Positions 30,682 to 39,323 of a DNA stretch of 64,000 nucleotides are shown piece after piece. Origin of the DNA: an uncultured Ignavibacteriales bacterium (lineage in GTDB: Bacteria > Bacteroidota > Ignavibacteria > UBA10030 > SZUA-254). The stretch lies in NCBI GenBank assembly GCA_963714795.1, contig CAVQPS010000009.1, forward strand, positions 550,709 to 614,708, written 5' to 3'. The position numbers were made by a program, and so were the translations under genes. Within the stretch, counting starts at the first letter, position 1. The number at the start of each line of letters is the position of its first letter. Under the pieces are notes generated by a model. That model did no database searches, was not told the DNA's origin, and saw nothing but the letters and a program-made list of their open reading frames with translations.

Positions 30682-30766
30682 GGATTTTTGGATGGAAGGC
30701 GACAGGGAAAAAATTTATTTAGAATGGGAAAACAGGGATGCATCGATTCCGTTTATAGTGAAATAG
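30680..30766 (+). other. relic 3' fragment of a DUF2911 paralog
   Basis: Translates to 'MDFWMEGDREKIYLEWENRDASIPFIVK*', which matches the C-terminus of the 27939-ending gene ('EGSGGTIHMKWENTDASIPFSVK*'). At the DNA level about 42 nt match with 5 mismatches. Confidence 0.5.
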
Positions 30767-31267
30767 GTGACTTTGTCCTGAGTCAATGGCTTCCGTCTGA
30801 ATTGATAGGGCATAGGTTAGTTATTTAAAACATTCTTATGAAAGTGAGCCTTGTTCTTGAAGCACATGGCAAGTCGAACGACGACGGTTTTGAATTTTCT
30901 CTCTGTAAGCTTGGATTTCATCTGGTTGATGAGTTTCGCAGCTACAACGATACTTGTTTTATCCCCAGGTATGCTGTGGTCAAAGTTCAAGTACCAATTA
31001 GAATTAGAATCCTCTTTTGTGTCAGTGAGCAAAACCTTTGTGTAGTGGCAACGAAACTTCGCTTTCTTACGGTCCCATGCATCTATGAGTGCTTTCTCGC
31101 GTGCTGCCGTGTCGATTGAGCCTTTCTAGCTCGCTCGACCAGTTTCTGGCATCGCTCGCAACGTTTACAATGAAGGCGCTTTCGTGGTAATTTTTTCTTA
31201 CAAGTTGAGCATGTTTTAGGGGTGGTCTCCATGATATATGTCTCTAATTATATAGATTGCAAAAGAT

Positions 31268-32475
31268 TTATTTCAACAAAACAAGCTTCTTTGTTTCAGT
31301 TAAATTACCGGACTGCAGTTGGTAGAAATATACACCGGTCGGGATATTACTCGCGTCGAAACTCACCAACTTATACCCGGGTTCCTCAAACTGATTGACC
31401 AGAGTGCAGACCTCTTGCCCGAGTGTATTGAAGATCGACAGTCGAACCAGTGACGCATGAGGAAGTGCGTATGAAATTTTCGTGGTTGGATTAAAGGGGT
31501 TCGGATAGTTTGTTAAGAGCGAATTGAGTCGGTAAATTATCATGCGATTGTTCTACCGAGGTAGTAATCATTTCAGATAAGGGGCGTCGCCATACGCCGT
31601 TACCAGTTCCCGCGAAGATATTTGCGCCGATAATGGCAAGAGCAGTAACATTAGTGTTCGTCAATCCGCTATCGACGGCTGTCCAGTTTGTGCCATTATT
31701 AGTCGAAAGGTAAACCCCAACGCTAGTCCCAGCAATGAGTTTTGTACCGCTCACTGCAAAAGCATTGACTTTATTGCCGTACAATCCGGCATTAGCCCAG
31801 CTTGTGCCGTTATTGGTCGAAAGATAAACTCCATAGAGCAAAGTCCCTGCAAAGAGGTTCGTGTCACTAAGAGCAAGAGAATAAACTGAATAAAATCTTT
31901 GCAATCCGGTATTGTAAGCAAACCAGCTTGTGCCATTGTTTGTGGAAAGATAAACTCCACTATCTGTCCCCGCAAAGAGATTTGTGCCGCTTGCTAGGAA
32001 AGAATAGATGGAAATATTGGTGGAGGGCAAGCCAGTATTAGCCGCCGTCCAGTCATAACCATCATTGGTAGAAAGAAGAACCCTCGTGGAGAATAGTCCC
32101 GGCAAAGAGATCGAAACCGCCACAGCTAAAGCAGTTACATTAGGGTTCGACACGCTGGTGACGGGTTGTACCCACTGGTTAATCCAAACATAAAGATTGC
32201 CGTGAGTTCCCACTGCAAACGAGATTCGAACCACTGACCGCAAAAGCAGTGACAAAATGATTAGTCAAATCACTATCGACTGCCGTCCAGGTAAACCCAT
32301 CATTGCTGGAGCGAAGGATTCCACCGCCATTCGTCCCGGCGAGGAGATCTGTGCCAATGACGGCAAGCGTATTGACAGTGCCAGCATAGGGTTCATTAGT
32401 GTTGATCCATTGTGCATGCGCCGGTAAAAGCTCACAACAAAGAATGAGAATAAATAATAGCAATATCTGCTTCAT
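31268..32475 (-). CDS. secreted BNR/Asp-box-like repeat protein with a type IX secretion C-terminal sorting domain, at least two apparent frameshifts
   Basis: Signal peptide 'MKQILLLFILILCCELLPAHA'. It has tandem 'AGTxxGVYLSTNNGTSWTAxNxGL' repeats. The C-terminal domain is 'YPNPFNPTTKISYALP...GVYFYQLQ'. The gene is split over three overlapping ORFs. Confidence 0.65.
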
Positions 32476-32582
32476 AGTCAGTACCCCTTAAAACGCTTTT
32501 GGAATGGTTTCAAAAAAAGTAGATATTTTATTCAGTAAAGTCAAATCGCAAAACTTAATAAACACCTTTTAAAAAAAATTCC

Positions 32583-33593
32583 CTATCTTTTCCCCATCAA
32601 AAACTCTTCGCACAATTTTACATCTTCTTCACTGCCGAGAATGACCGGCGTGTGCTGGTGAAGCGACGTCGGCTGAACCTGCAAAATACTTTTCGAGCCG
32701 TCGCTCGAGCGCCCGCCCGCCTGCTCGATGATGTATGCCATCGGGTTGCACTCGTACATGAGGCGGAGTTTCCCGTCGGGATTTTTCTTGTCGCCGGGGT
32801 ATGCAAAAATTCCGCCGTACAACAGCGTGCGATGCGCGTCGCCCACCATCGTCCCGATGTATCGCATGGAATATGGCCGCCCGGTCGCTTTGTCTTCCTG
32901 TTTCAAATAGGTGATGTAGTTTTGCATTCCTTTATCCCAATTATGGAAGTTGCCCTCGTTCATGCTGTAGATTTTTCCTTTTTTCGGAATGCGAATGTTT
33001 TCATGCGAAAGTAAAAATTCCCCGACACTCGGATCGAGCGTGAAACCGTGTACGCCGTGTCCGGTCGAGTATACGAAGATCGTGCTCGTGCCGTAAATGA
33101 TGTAGCCCGCGGCTACCTGTTTGTATCCGGGCTGTAAACAATCCTGAAGCGTGCCGTTTCCTTCTTCAGAGACGCGACGGAAGATTGCAAAGATCGAACC
33201 GATGGTGATGTTGGCGTCGATGTTGGAAGAACCGTCGAGCGGATCGTAGAGCAGAACATATTTTCCCGATTTATATTCGCTGGGGATATGCAGAATGTCT
33301 TCATTTTCTTCCGAAGCCATGACGCAGACATGGCCGCCGTGATCCATTGCTTTGTAAATCGTTTCGTCGGCGAAGACATCTAATTTTTTTACAATATCGC
33401 CGCTGACGTTCATACGGTCGGTTGTGCCGAGGATGTTGACGAGTCCCGCTTTACTCACTTCGCGCCAGACAAGTTTTGCGGCGAGCGCAAGATCGTGAAG
33501 CAAGCCGGAAAATTCGCCGGTCGCGCCGGGATAAAATTGTTCCTGCTCGTTGATGAACCGCTCCAGCGTCATAAATTTTTTTGTTGCCGGCAT
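32583..33593 (-). CDS. fbp: fructose-1,6-bisphosphatase class I
   Basis: 336 aa with the 'DPLDGSSNID' metal-binding motif and 'GKLRLMYECNPMAYI'. Confidence 0.9.
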   Translation of the reverse strand: MPATKKFMTLERFINEQEQFYPGATGEFSGLLHDLALAAKLVWREVSKAGLVNILGTTDRMNVSGDIVKKLDVFADETIYKAMDHGGHVCVMASEENEDILHIPSEYKSGKYVLLYDPLDGSSNIDANITIGSIFAIFRRVSEEGNGTLQDCLQPGYKQVAAGYIIYGTSTIFVYSTGHGVHGFTLDPSVGEFLLSHENIRIPKKGKIYSMNEGNFHNWDKGMQNYITYLKQEDKATGRPYSMRYIGTMVGDAHRTLLYGGIFAYPGDKKNPDGKLRLMYECNPMAYIIEQAGGRSSDGSKSILQVQPTSLHQHTPVILGSEEDVKLCEEFLMGKR

Positions 33594-33688
33594 TCAGAAA
33601 TTCCCTTCGGGCTGGTGATGAGGATAGTATGAATTCACAAACATAGGAAAAACTTTTTTGAGTTGCAAGAAACAGTATCTCAATTTAT

Positions 33689-33795
33689 AATTCCGCGTCT
33701 TACTGTCCCGCTCATTGAGCGGGATTGTTCAGCATCTATACCGAGCATCCTTCGTTCGGATTCCGAATAGAATCATTTCGGAAAGACGGGGTATT
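33689..33795 (+). repeat. small element with terminal inverted repeats, copy 2
   Basis: Termini 'aattccgcgtctt' and 'aagacggggtatt'. It shares its core with copy 1 and has an extra internal perfect hairpin 'tcccgctc-attg-agcggga'. Confidence 0.5.
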
Positions 33796-33953
33796 GTTGG
33801 GGGATGATTTCAGGAAACTGAGACGTCACCCAGCAGGATGATTTCTTGCAGAAGTGGAGAAATGTCCGTATATTTTGATCACATCATTGAAAATTTCGCA
33901 ATACCATCACGAAATACTTGCCACAAATATAATCACGACAGAGAAATTACCGT

Positions 33954-34701
33954 ATGAAAATCGTTGTGTGTGTGAATCACGTTCCCGATACGGAAGTCAA
34001 AGTAAAAATCGGACCGGACGGAAAAGTAATCGATAAAACCGGCGTCAATTTTATCCTCAACCCATACGATGAGTTTGCCATCGAAGCGGCTTTGAAGCTG
34101 AAAGAGCAGCATGGCGGCGAAACGATCGCTTTGTCGTTGGGCGGCGATGTTCATAAAGAAACATTGCGCAAAGCGCTGGCAATGGGTGTCGAGAAAGCCG
34201 TGCTGTTGAAAGACGAAAGCGTCCGCGATTCTTTTTCGATTGCAAAAGCTCTTGCCGAACAATTAAAAACGATGTCACCCGATTGCGTTCTGTTCGGTAA
34301 GCAATCGATCGATTATTATGATGAACAAATTCCCGGGCTTGTTGCGGAATGGTTGGGAATGCCTTCTATTTCCGTCGTTGTGAAATTGGAAGTGCAGAAC
34401 GGCAAGCTTATTTGCGAGCGGGAAATCGAAGGTGGACACGAAGTTGTCGAATCGACCCTGCCGGCAGTCATCTCTGCACAAAAAGGGATTGAACGAGCCG
34501 CGCTACCCGTCGTTGAAAGGAATTATGGGTGCAAAAACAAAACCGATCGAAGAGCGTCAGCCGGTTGCGCAAGCGCCGGTCGTCGAAGTGATCGGGATGC
34601 AAAAGCCGCCGGCAAAACAGCCGGGCAAGATTGTCGGTACGGATGCTTCTGCCGTTCCTGAACTCGTCCGGTTGCTCCACGAAGAAGCCAAAGTTATTTA
34701 A
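33954..34701 (+). CDS. etfB: electron transfer flavoprotein beta subunit, apparent 1-nt indel in an A5 run at 34480..34484
   Basis: 'MKIVVCVNHVPD...' N-terminus. The conserved 'LNEPRYPSLKGIMGAKTKPIEE' segment lies in the +1 frame (ORF 34432..34701). Confidence 0.85.
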
Positions 34702-34718
34702 TTTTTTTTATTTTTGGA

Positions 34719-35699
34719 TTGATTATGAAAATTTTAGCTTGTGCAGAACAACGGGACGGAAAATTTAAAAAATCCGCATTTGAAGTTACACAGGCCGCAA
34801 AACGCGTTGCAGACCAGTTGCATGCCGAATTGGTTGTGCTTGTCATCGGCGATGCGGTGGAAGGAATTGCGCCACAACTCGGGCAATATGGGGCAACACG
34901 GGTTATTGCGGTTCAGGATCCGCGGCTTCACTATTATTCAACGACGGCGTATGCAAAGGTCGTTGCCGAGATTGTTCAAAAAGAACAAGCCGGTATCGTC
35001 TTTATCTCTGCAACGCAGATGGGAAAAGATATCGCTCCACGTGTTGCCGGGAAACTTCAAGCCGGACTTGTTGCCGAATGCACCGCGTTGAAAGTTGACA
35101 ACGGCGATATCGTTGCCACACGTCCGGTGTATGCCGGAAAAGCGATGGTCGATGTGAAAGTAACCACACCGATAAAAATTTTCACATTGCGTCCGAATGT
35201 ATTCACGGCGAGCGCAGCAGGTAATGCAGCTGCAACCGTCGAAAAAGTTTCCGTGAATCTTGTTGATGCAGATTTTGCAACGAAAGTAACCGGAGTGAAA
35301 GTTGCGGAAGGGCGTCCCGACGTAACCGAAGCAGGCATAGTTATTTCCGGCGGCCGCGGCATGAAAGGACCGGAGCATTTTCATCTCATTGAAAAAATTG
35401 CCGATATTCTTGGCGGCGGTGTCGGCGCTTCCCGTGCTGTCGTCGATGCAGGATGGCGTCCGCATGATGAGCAGGTCGGACAAACGGGGAAAACAGTATC
35501 ACCTTCGCTGTATATCGCATGCGGAATTTCCGGCGCGGTTCAGCACCTTGCAGGAATGTCGACTTCTAAGTATATTGTAGCTATCAATAAAGATAAAGAC
35601 GCGCCGATTTTTCAAGTTGCTGATTACGGTATAGTGGGCGACGTATTCGACGTTCTGCCTGCATTGACGCAGGAATTACAAAAGACATTGGGAAAGTAA
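34719..35699 (+). CDS. etfA: electron transfer flavoprotein alpha subunit
   Basis: 326 aa with the FAD-binding C-terminal region '[10 protein letters not shown]...[23 protein letters not shown]'. Confidence 0.9.
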   Translation: MIMKILACAEQRDGKFKKSAFEVTQAAKRVADQLHAELVVLVIGDAVEGIAPQLGQYGATRVIAVQDPRLHYYSTTAYAKVVAEIVQKEQAGIVFISATQMGKDIAPRVAGKLQAGLVAECTALKVDNGDIVATRPVYAGKAMVDVKVTTPIKIFTLRPNVFTASAAGNAAATVEKVSVNLVDADFATKVTGVKVAEGRPDVTEAGIVISGGRGMKGPEHFHLIEKIADILGGGVGASRAVVDAGWRPHDEQVGQTGKTVSPSLYIACGISGAVQHLAGMSTSKYIVAINKDKDAPIFQVADYGIVGDVFDVLPALTQELQKTLGK

Positions 35700-35712
35700 A
35701 GGAATCGTTCGT

Positions 35713-36282
35713 GTGGAAAAAATTCAAGTAGATATTTTAGGACTTTCAACAAGCCCGGCAAGCGGCGGAGCGTATGCGCTCATTCTGAAAGAAGTGAACG
35801 GAAACCGCCGGCTTCCCATCATTATCGGTGCGTTTGAAGCGCAATCGATTGCACTGGAGATGGAAGGTATTAAGCCGCCGCGGCCGTTGACGCACGATTT
35901 GATGAAAAACCTTCTCGAAACACTGGGAGCCGATCTTGCCGAAATCATCATCAGCGAATTGCGTGACGGAACGTTTTATGCGAAACTCAACTTCGACAGT
36001 CAGGAAGTTGATGCCCGTCCGAGCGATGCGATTGCCCTTGCCGTCCGTTTCGGCGCTCCGATTTTCGTTGCCGACAAAGTGATGGATGAAGCGGCATTCC
36101 TTCCGGAAGCCGAAAATCCGGAAATTACCGAAGGGGAGAAACCGGAATCAAAAGGTGTTGAACCGAAACTGACAAAATTGGAAGCTCTTCGTGCGCAGCT
36201 GAAAGAAGCTATTGAGCGGGAAGATTACGAATCAGCAGCGAAATTACGCGACGAAGTCAGAAAAGTTGAACAGCGGCAATAA
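35713..36282 (+). CDS. bifunctional nuclease (DUF151) with a C-terminal UVR motif
   Basis: A DUF151 core followed by the UvrB/C-like helix 'LEALRAQLKEAIEREDYESAAKLRDEV'. Confidence 0.7.
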   Translation: MEKIQVDILGLSTSPASGGAYALILKEVNGNRRLPIIIGAFEAQSIALEMEGIKPPRPLTHDLMKNLLETLGADLAEIIISELRDGTFYAKLNFDSQEVDARPSDAIALAVRFGAPIFVADKVMDEAAFLPEAENPEITEGEKPESKGVEPKLTKLEALRAQLKEAIEREDYESAAKLRDEVRKVEQRQ

Positions 36283-36287
36283 CGTTA

Positions 36288-36998
36288 TCATTTGATCAGC
36301 CGGACCATTTCCCGGACGGCACGTTCTAATCCGACACTCACCGCACGCACAATCACCGCGTGCCCGATACTGACCTCTTCAATTTCCCGGATTCTTGCAA
36401 CCGGTTTGATGTTGTCATAATCAAGCCCATGTCCGGCATTCACAATGAGACCAAGTGATTTTCCGTACAGTGACATCTTTTTGATTTGTTGAAGATGACG
36501 ATTTCGCTCTGGCGCTGATTTTCCGTCCGCATATTCTCCCGTGTGCAGTTCAATCATATCGGATCCGATTTCTTTCGACGCATCGATCTGATCGTTATCC
36601 GGATCGACAAATACACTCACCGCAATTCCTTTATCGTGAAACCGTTTGACTGCTCTTTGCAGCGGACGGCGTAACCGTACGATATCGAGCCCGCCTTCGG
36701 TCGTGAGTTCCTGCCGTTTTTCCGGAACGAGCGTAACAAGATCGGGTTTAATTTTCAGTGCAATGGAAATAATTTCCGGTGTTGCCGCCATTTCCAGATC
36801 AAGTTTCGTTGCGATCGATTTTCGTAATCGGATGACATCATTATCGCGGATGTGCCGCCGGTCTTCGCGTAAATGACAGACGATACCGTCGGCTCCGGCA
36901 CCTTCGGCAACTAATGCCGCATCAAGCGGATCCGGAATAGTGCCGCCGCGGGCATTGCGCAATGTCGCTATGTGATCGATATTGATCGAAAGTCGCAT
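36288..36998 (-). CDS. pdxJ: pyridoxine 5'-phosphate synthase
   Basis: 'LSINIDHIATLRNARGG' and 'VCHLREDRRHI' motifs, 236 aa. Confidence 0.9.
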   Translation of the reverse strand: MRLSINIDHIATLRNARGGTIPDPLDAALVAEGAGADGIVCHLREDRRHIRDNDVIRLRKSIATKLDLEMAATPEIISIALKIKPDLVTLVPEKRQELTTEGGLDIVRLRRPLQRAVKRFHDKGIAVSVFVDPDNDQIDASKEIGSDMIELHTGEYADGKSAPERNRHLQQIKKMSLYGKSLGLIVNAGHGLDYDNIKPVARIREIEEVSIGHAVIVRAVSVGLERAVREMVRLIK

Positions 36999-37001
36999 GA
37001 G

Positions 37002-37943
37002 TTATAGTCGTTTACGAATGATGAATTGAAAGCGTGCCGGTTTCTGGCTGACGATTTTGATTTCTTCGGGACCCGAAAGCTCGGGAACAATTGTTGTGAC
37101 GGAATCCTGATCGAGCTCCTGGTAATTGACCGTTGCCTGAAAATCGGACAGCGATAATTTTGCAAGCTGTTCGATACCGCCGCGCACGATAATATCTATT
37201 TTCGGCGGAATGAAAATGACCTCTCTGTTAAAGGGCGTTCCATTTGCCGTGACCGGGATTCCGACGAAGGTCTTTTCCGCAAACGGCTGGACATTGACCT
37301 GCAACCGCGTAGTCGTTGCCGATACCTCCAGCGAATAATCCGGCGATTCTTCAACCGGCATTATGAGATCGATTGGTGCACGGATATCCTCGAATTTTTT
37401 ATATGCCGTATGCCATGTTGAAATCGAGCGGACGATATGTTCTGTTCCACCGATCGTCGTGCTGTCGGGTGATAAATGAATTGCACCGACCTGCCCGTAC
37501 CCATCATGAAACTCAAGCATGAATTTCGGTTCGATTGGCACGCGCTTTTCCGTATAATCTTCCACCGCTAACACCAGAGAGTCGGGTTTTATATCGATCG
37601 ATTGAAGAGAGAACGGTAATTTGATATGTTCGAAAAGATCTTTGCCTGTGATGATAAAATCTTCCGTTCCGATGGAAGACATGTCGATAAAATATTTAAT
37701 GTCGGGTGTCAGCGATAATCCTGCCAGCAGCCAGCCGGTACCGCGAAAACGAATGCTCATCGTTTTCGGGACCGGATATTTCAATGCTTTGCCATCTTTC
37801 ATGTTTTCCAGGACGACGGGAACCCGCCGCACGACGGTATAGTCATCGCGCATATTGACCGACAGCCACATGACGACGGCGAAGAGGATCGATCCGATAA
37901 CGATATGGTAGCGTTTTTTTTCCATGCAAATAAAAAACTCCAT
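37002..37943 (-). CDS. YbbR/CdaR-like domain protein
   Basis: An N-terminal TM segment followed by repeated 'V..P..V...GW/G' beta-rich modules, 313 aa. Confidence 0.4.
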   Translation of the reverse strand: MEFFICMEKKRYHIVIGSILFAVVMWLSVNMRDDYTVVRRVPVVLENMKDGKALKYPVPKTMSIRFRGTGWLLAGLSLTPDIKYFIDMSSIGTEDFIITGKDLFEHIKLPFSLQSIDIKPDSLVLAVEDYTEKRVPIEPKFMLEFHDGYGQVGAIHLSPDSTTIGGTEHIVRSISTWHTAYKKFEDIRAPIDLIMPVEESPDYSLEVSATTTRLQVNVQPFAEKTFVGIPVTANGTPFNREVIFIPPKIDIIVRGGIEQLAKLSLSDFQATVNYQELDQDSVTTIVPELSGPEEIKIVSQKPARFQFIIRKRL

Positions 37944-37981
37944 CCGTTCATGCCGGGTGGAGTTTTCTTATAGAGCAAAAA

Positions 37982-38596
37982 TTATTTTGGAAATTTTGTT
38001 TTTATCAGGATTTCGATAAGCTCATCGCGGTTCGCGCGGGAAATCTGCCTGCCGAAAATCGGCAGTCCTTCGACGCTTCGCGCGTAATGCCGGAGTTTGT
38101 GCACCGTCATTTCCTCGAGTTGTGTGCGATATGTCTGCTCGTCATCGCTCAGGGGTGGAGTGACCGTCGTCTCCGGTAATTCGCTCGGCGGTTCCGTTGA
38201 ATCTTCAACGGTAGTTTCAATGACTCGTTTCTCTTCGATTTTCTTCGGTGGTCTGCCGCGGCGTTTTGAAGAAACTTCAACTGCTGCCGGTTCTTCGCGT
38301 GGTTTTTCTTTGGTTTGCGACGGCGGAGGATAGATCAGAATTTCCACTTCATCATCGGGTCTGGGAATAACGTGAACCGAAACCAGCTCTCCGACCCGCT
38401 GTGCTGCCGCCGCGCCCGCATCGACAGCCGCACGTACCGCGGCAACATCGCCTTTGAGCTTGATGGTCATCAAGCCGGCGTCGGCGCGTTCCTTGCCGAT
38501 GAGTTCTACATCCGCGGCTTTCGTCGCGGCATCAGCCGCTTCAATAGCGCCGATAAGACCGCGGGTTTCTATAAGTCCTAAAGCGTAATCAAGCAT
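37982..38596 (-). CDS. bacterial microcompartment hexamer shell protein (Pfam00936 domain, PduA/EutM-like) fused to an AT-hook and a Rho-N/SAP-like C-terminal extension
   Basis: The N-terminal 90 aa are 'ALGLIETRGLIGAIEAADAATKAADVELIG...[32 protein letters not shown]'. These are followed by a Pro/Glu-rich linker, 'KRRGRPPKK', and 'LEEMTVHKLRHYARSVEGLPIFGRQISRANRDELIEILI'. Confidence 0.8.
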   Translation of the reverse strand: MLDYALGLIETRGLIGAIEAADAATKAADVELIGKERADAGLMTIKLKGDVAAVRAAVDAGAAAAQRVGELVSVHVIPRPDDEVEILIYPPPSQTKEKPREEPAAVEVSSKRRGRPPKKIEEKRVIETTVEDSTEPPSELPETTVTPPLSDDEQTYRTQLEEMTVHKLRHYARSVEGLPIFGRQISRANRDELIEILIKTKFPK

Positions 38597-38638
38597 ACGA
38601 GTCGACCGTTATACCGGAACCCGGTTCCGGCATTGCGA

Positions 38639-38953
38639 TTATTTCGGTTGCGGCCGTTTGGGAAGAATCAATTCCACATCCGCATGCGGACGCGGGATGA
38701 CATGAACGGAGACGAGCTCTCCGACGCGCTGTGCCGCCGCTGCGCCGGCATCTGTCGCCGCTTTCACCGCGCCGACGTCGCCGCGTACCATCACGGTAAC
38801 ATATCCGCCGCCAATCACTTCCTTGCCGATCAGCGTGACTTTTGCCGCTTTGACCATTGCATCGGCTGCTTCAATAGAGCCGACTAAACCTTTTGTCTCG
38901 ACCATTCCGAGCGCATCGAGCGATATATCTGCCATTAGAAAAACTCCTTTCAA
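38639..38953 (-). CDS. bacterial microcompartment hexamer shell protein (PduA/EutM/CcmK-like)
   Basis: '[30 protein letters not shown]...[35 protein letters not shown]', about 95 to 104 aa. Confidence 0.85.
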   Translation of the reverse strand: MKGVFLMADISLDALGMVETKGLVGSIEAADAMVKAAKVTLIGKEVIGGGYVTVMVRGDVGAVKAATDAGAAAAQRVGELVSVHVIPRPHADVELILPKRPQPK

Positions 38954-39323
38954 TCAATGTGAGATGGCATTCCTGTTTCCAAAGACGTGAAACGAATATA
39001 GTGAAATGGGAGCATATTGTCAATTATAGATAATAAATATTCGAGGGTTCTAAACAAAAATCCTTAAAAAACATGTCCGATTTGGTAGATTCTGAATTTT
39101 TTGCTACTATGCTCCACTGTAGAACGTCTGCACGGCAAGGGTGGAGACGATGAAGATTGTGGGTAAGATGGAATCCGGTTAGTTAGATAGTTGGACACCA
39201 CCTTTAAGGTGGAGTCCATCTGGTCTGACCATCTGCCATTGTTATTCTTCATCAATTTTACTATCTTTTGACGGTTACCTTTCTAACTCTTGAATCAGTT
39301 GTTTCCAATCGGAGAACATTCTA

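Noticed and set aside
39100-39250. Candidate tRNA, tmRNA or RNase P in the spacer between the shell-gene operon and asmA.
   Set aside because: There is no GTTCRANYC T-loop, no CCA-ended acceptor and no RNase P conserved regions. It is kept only as a low-interest structured-element note.
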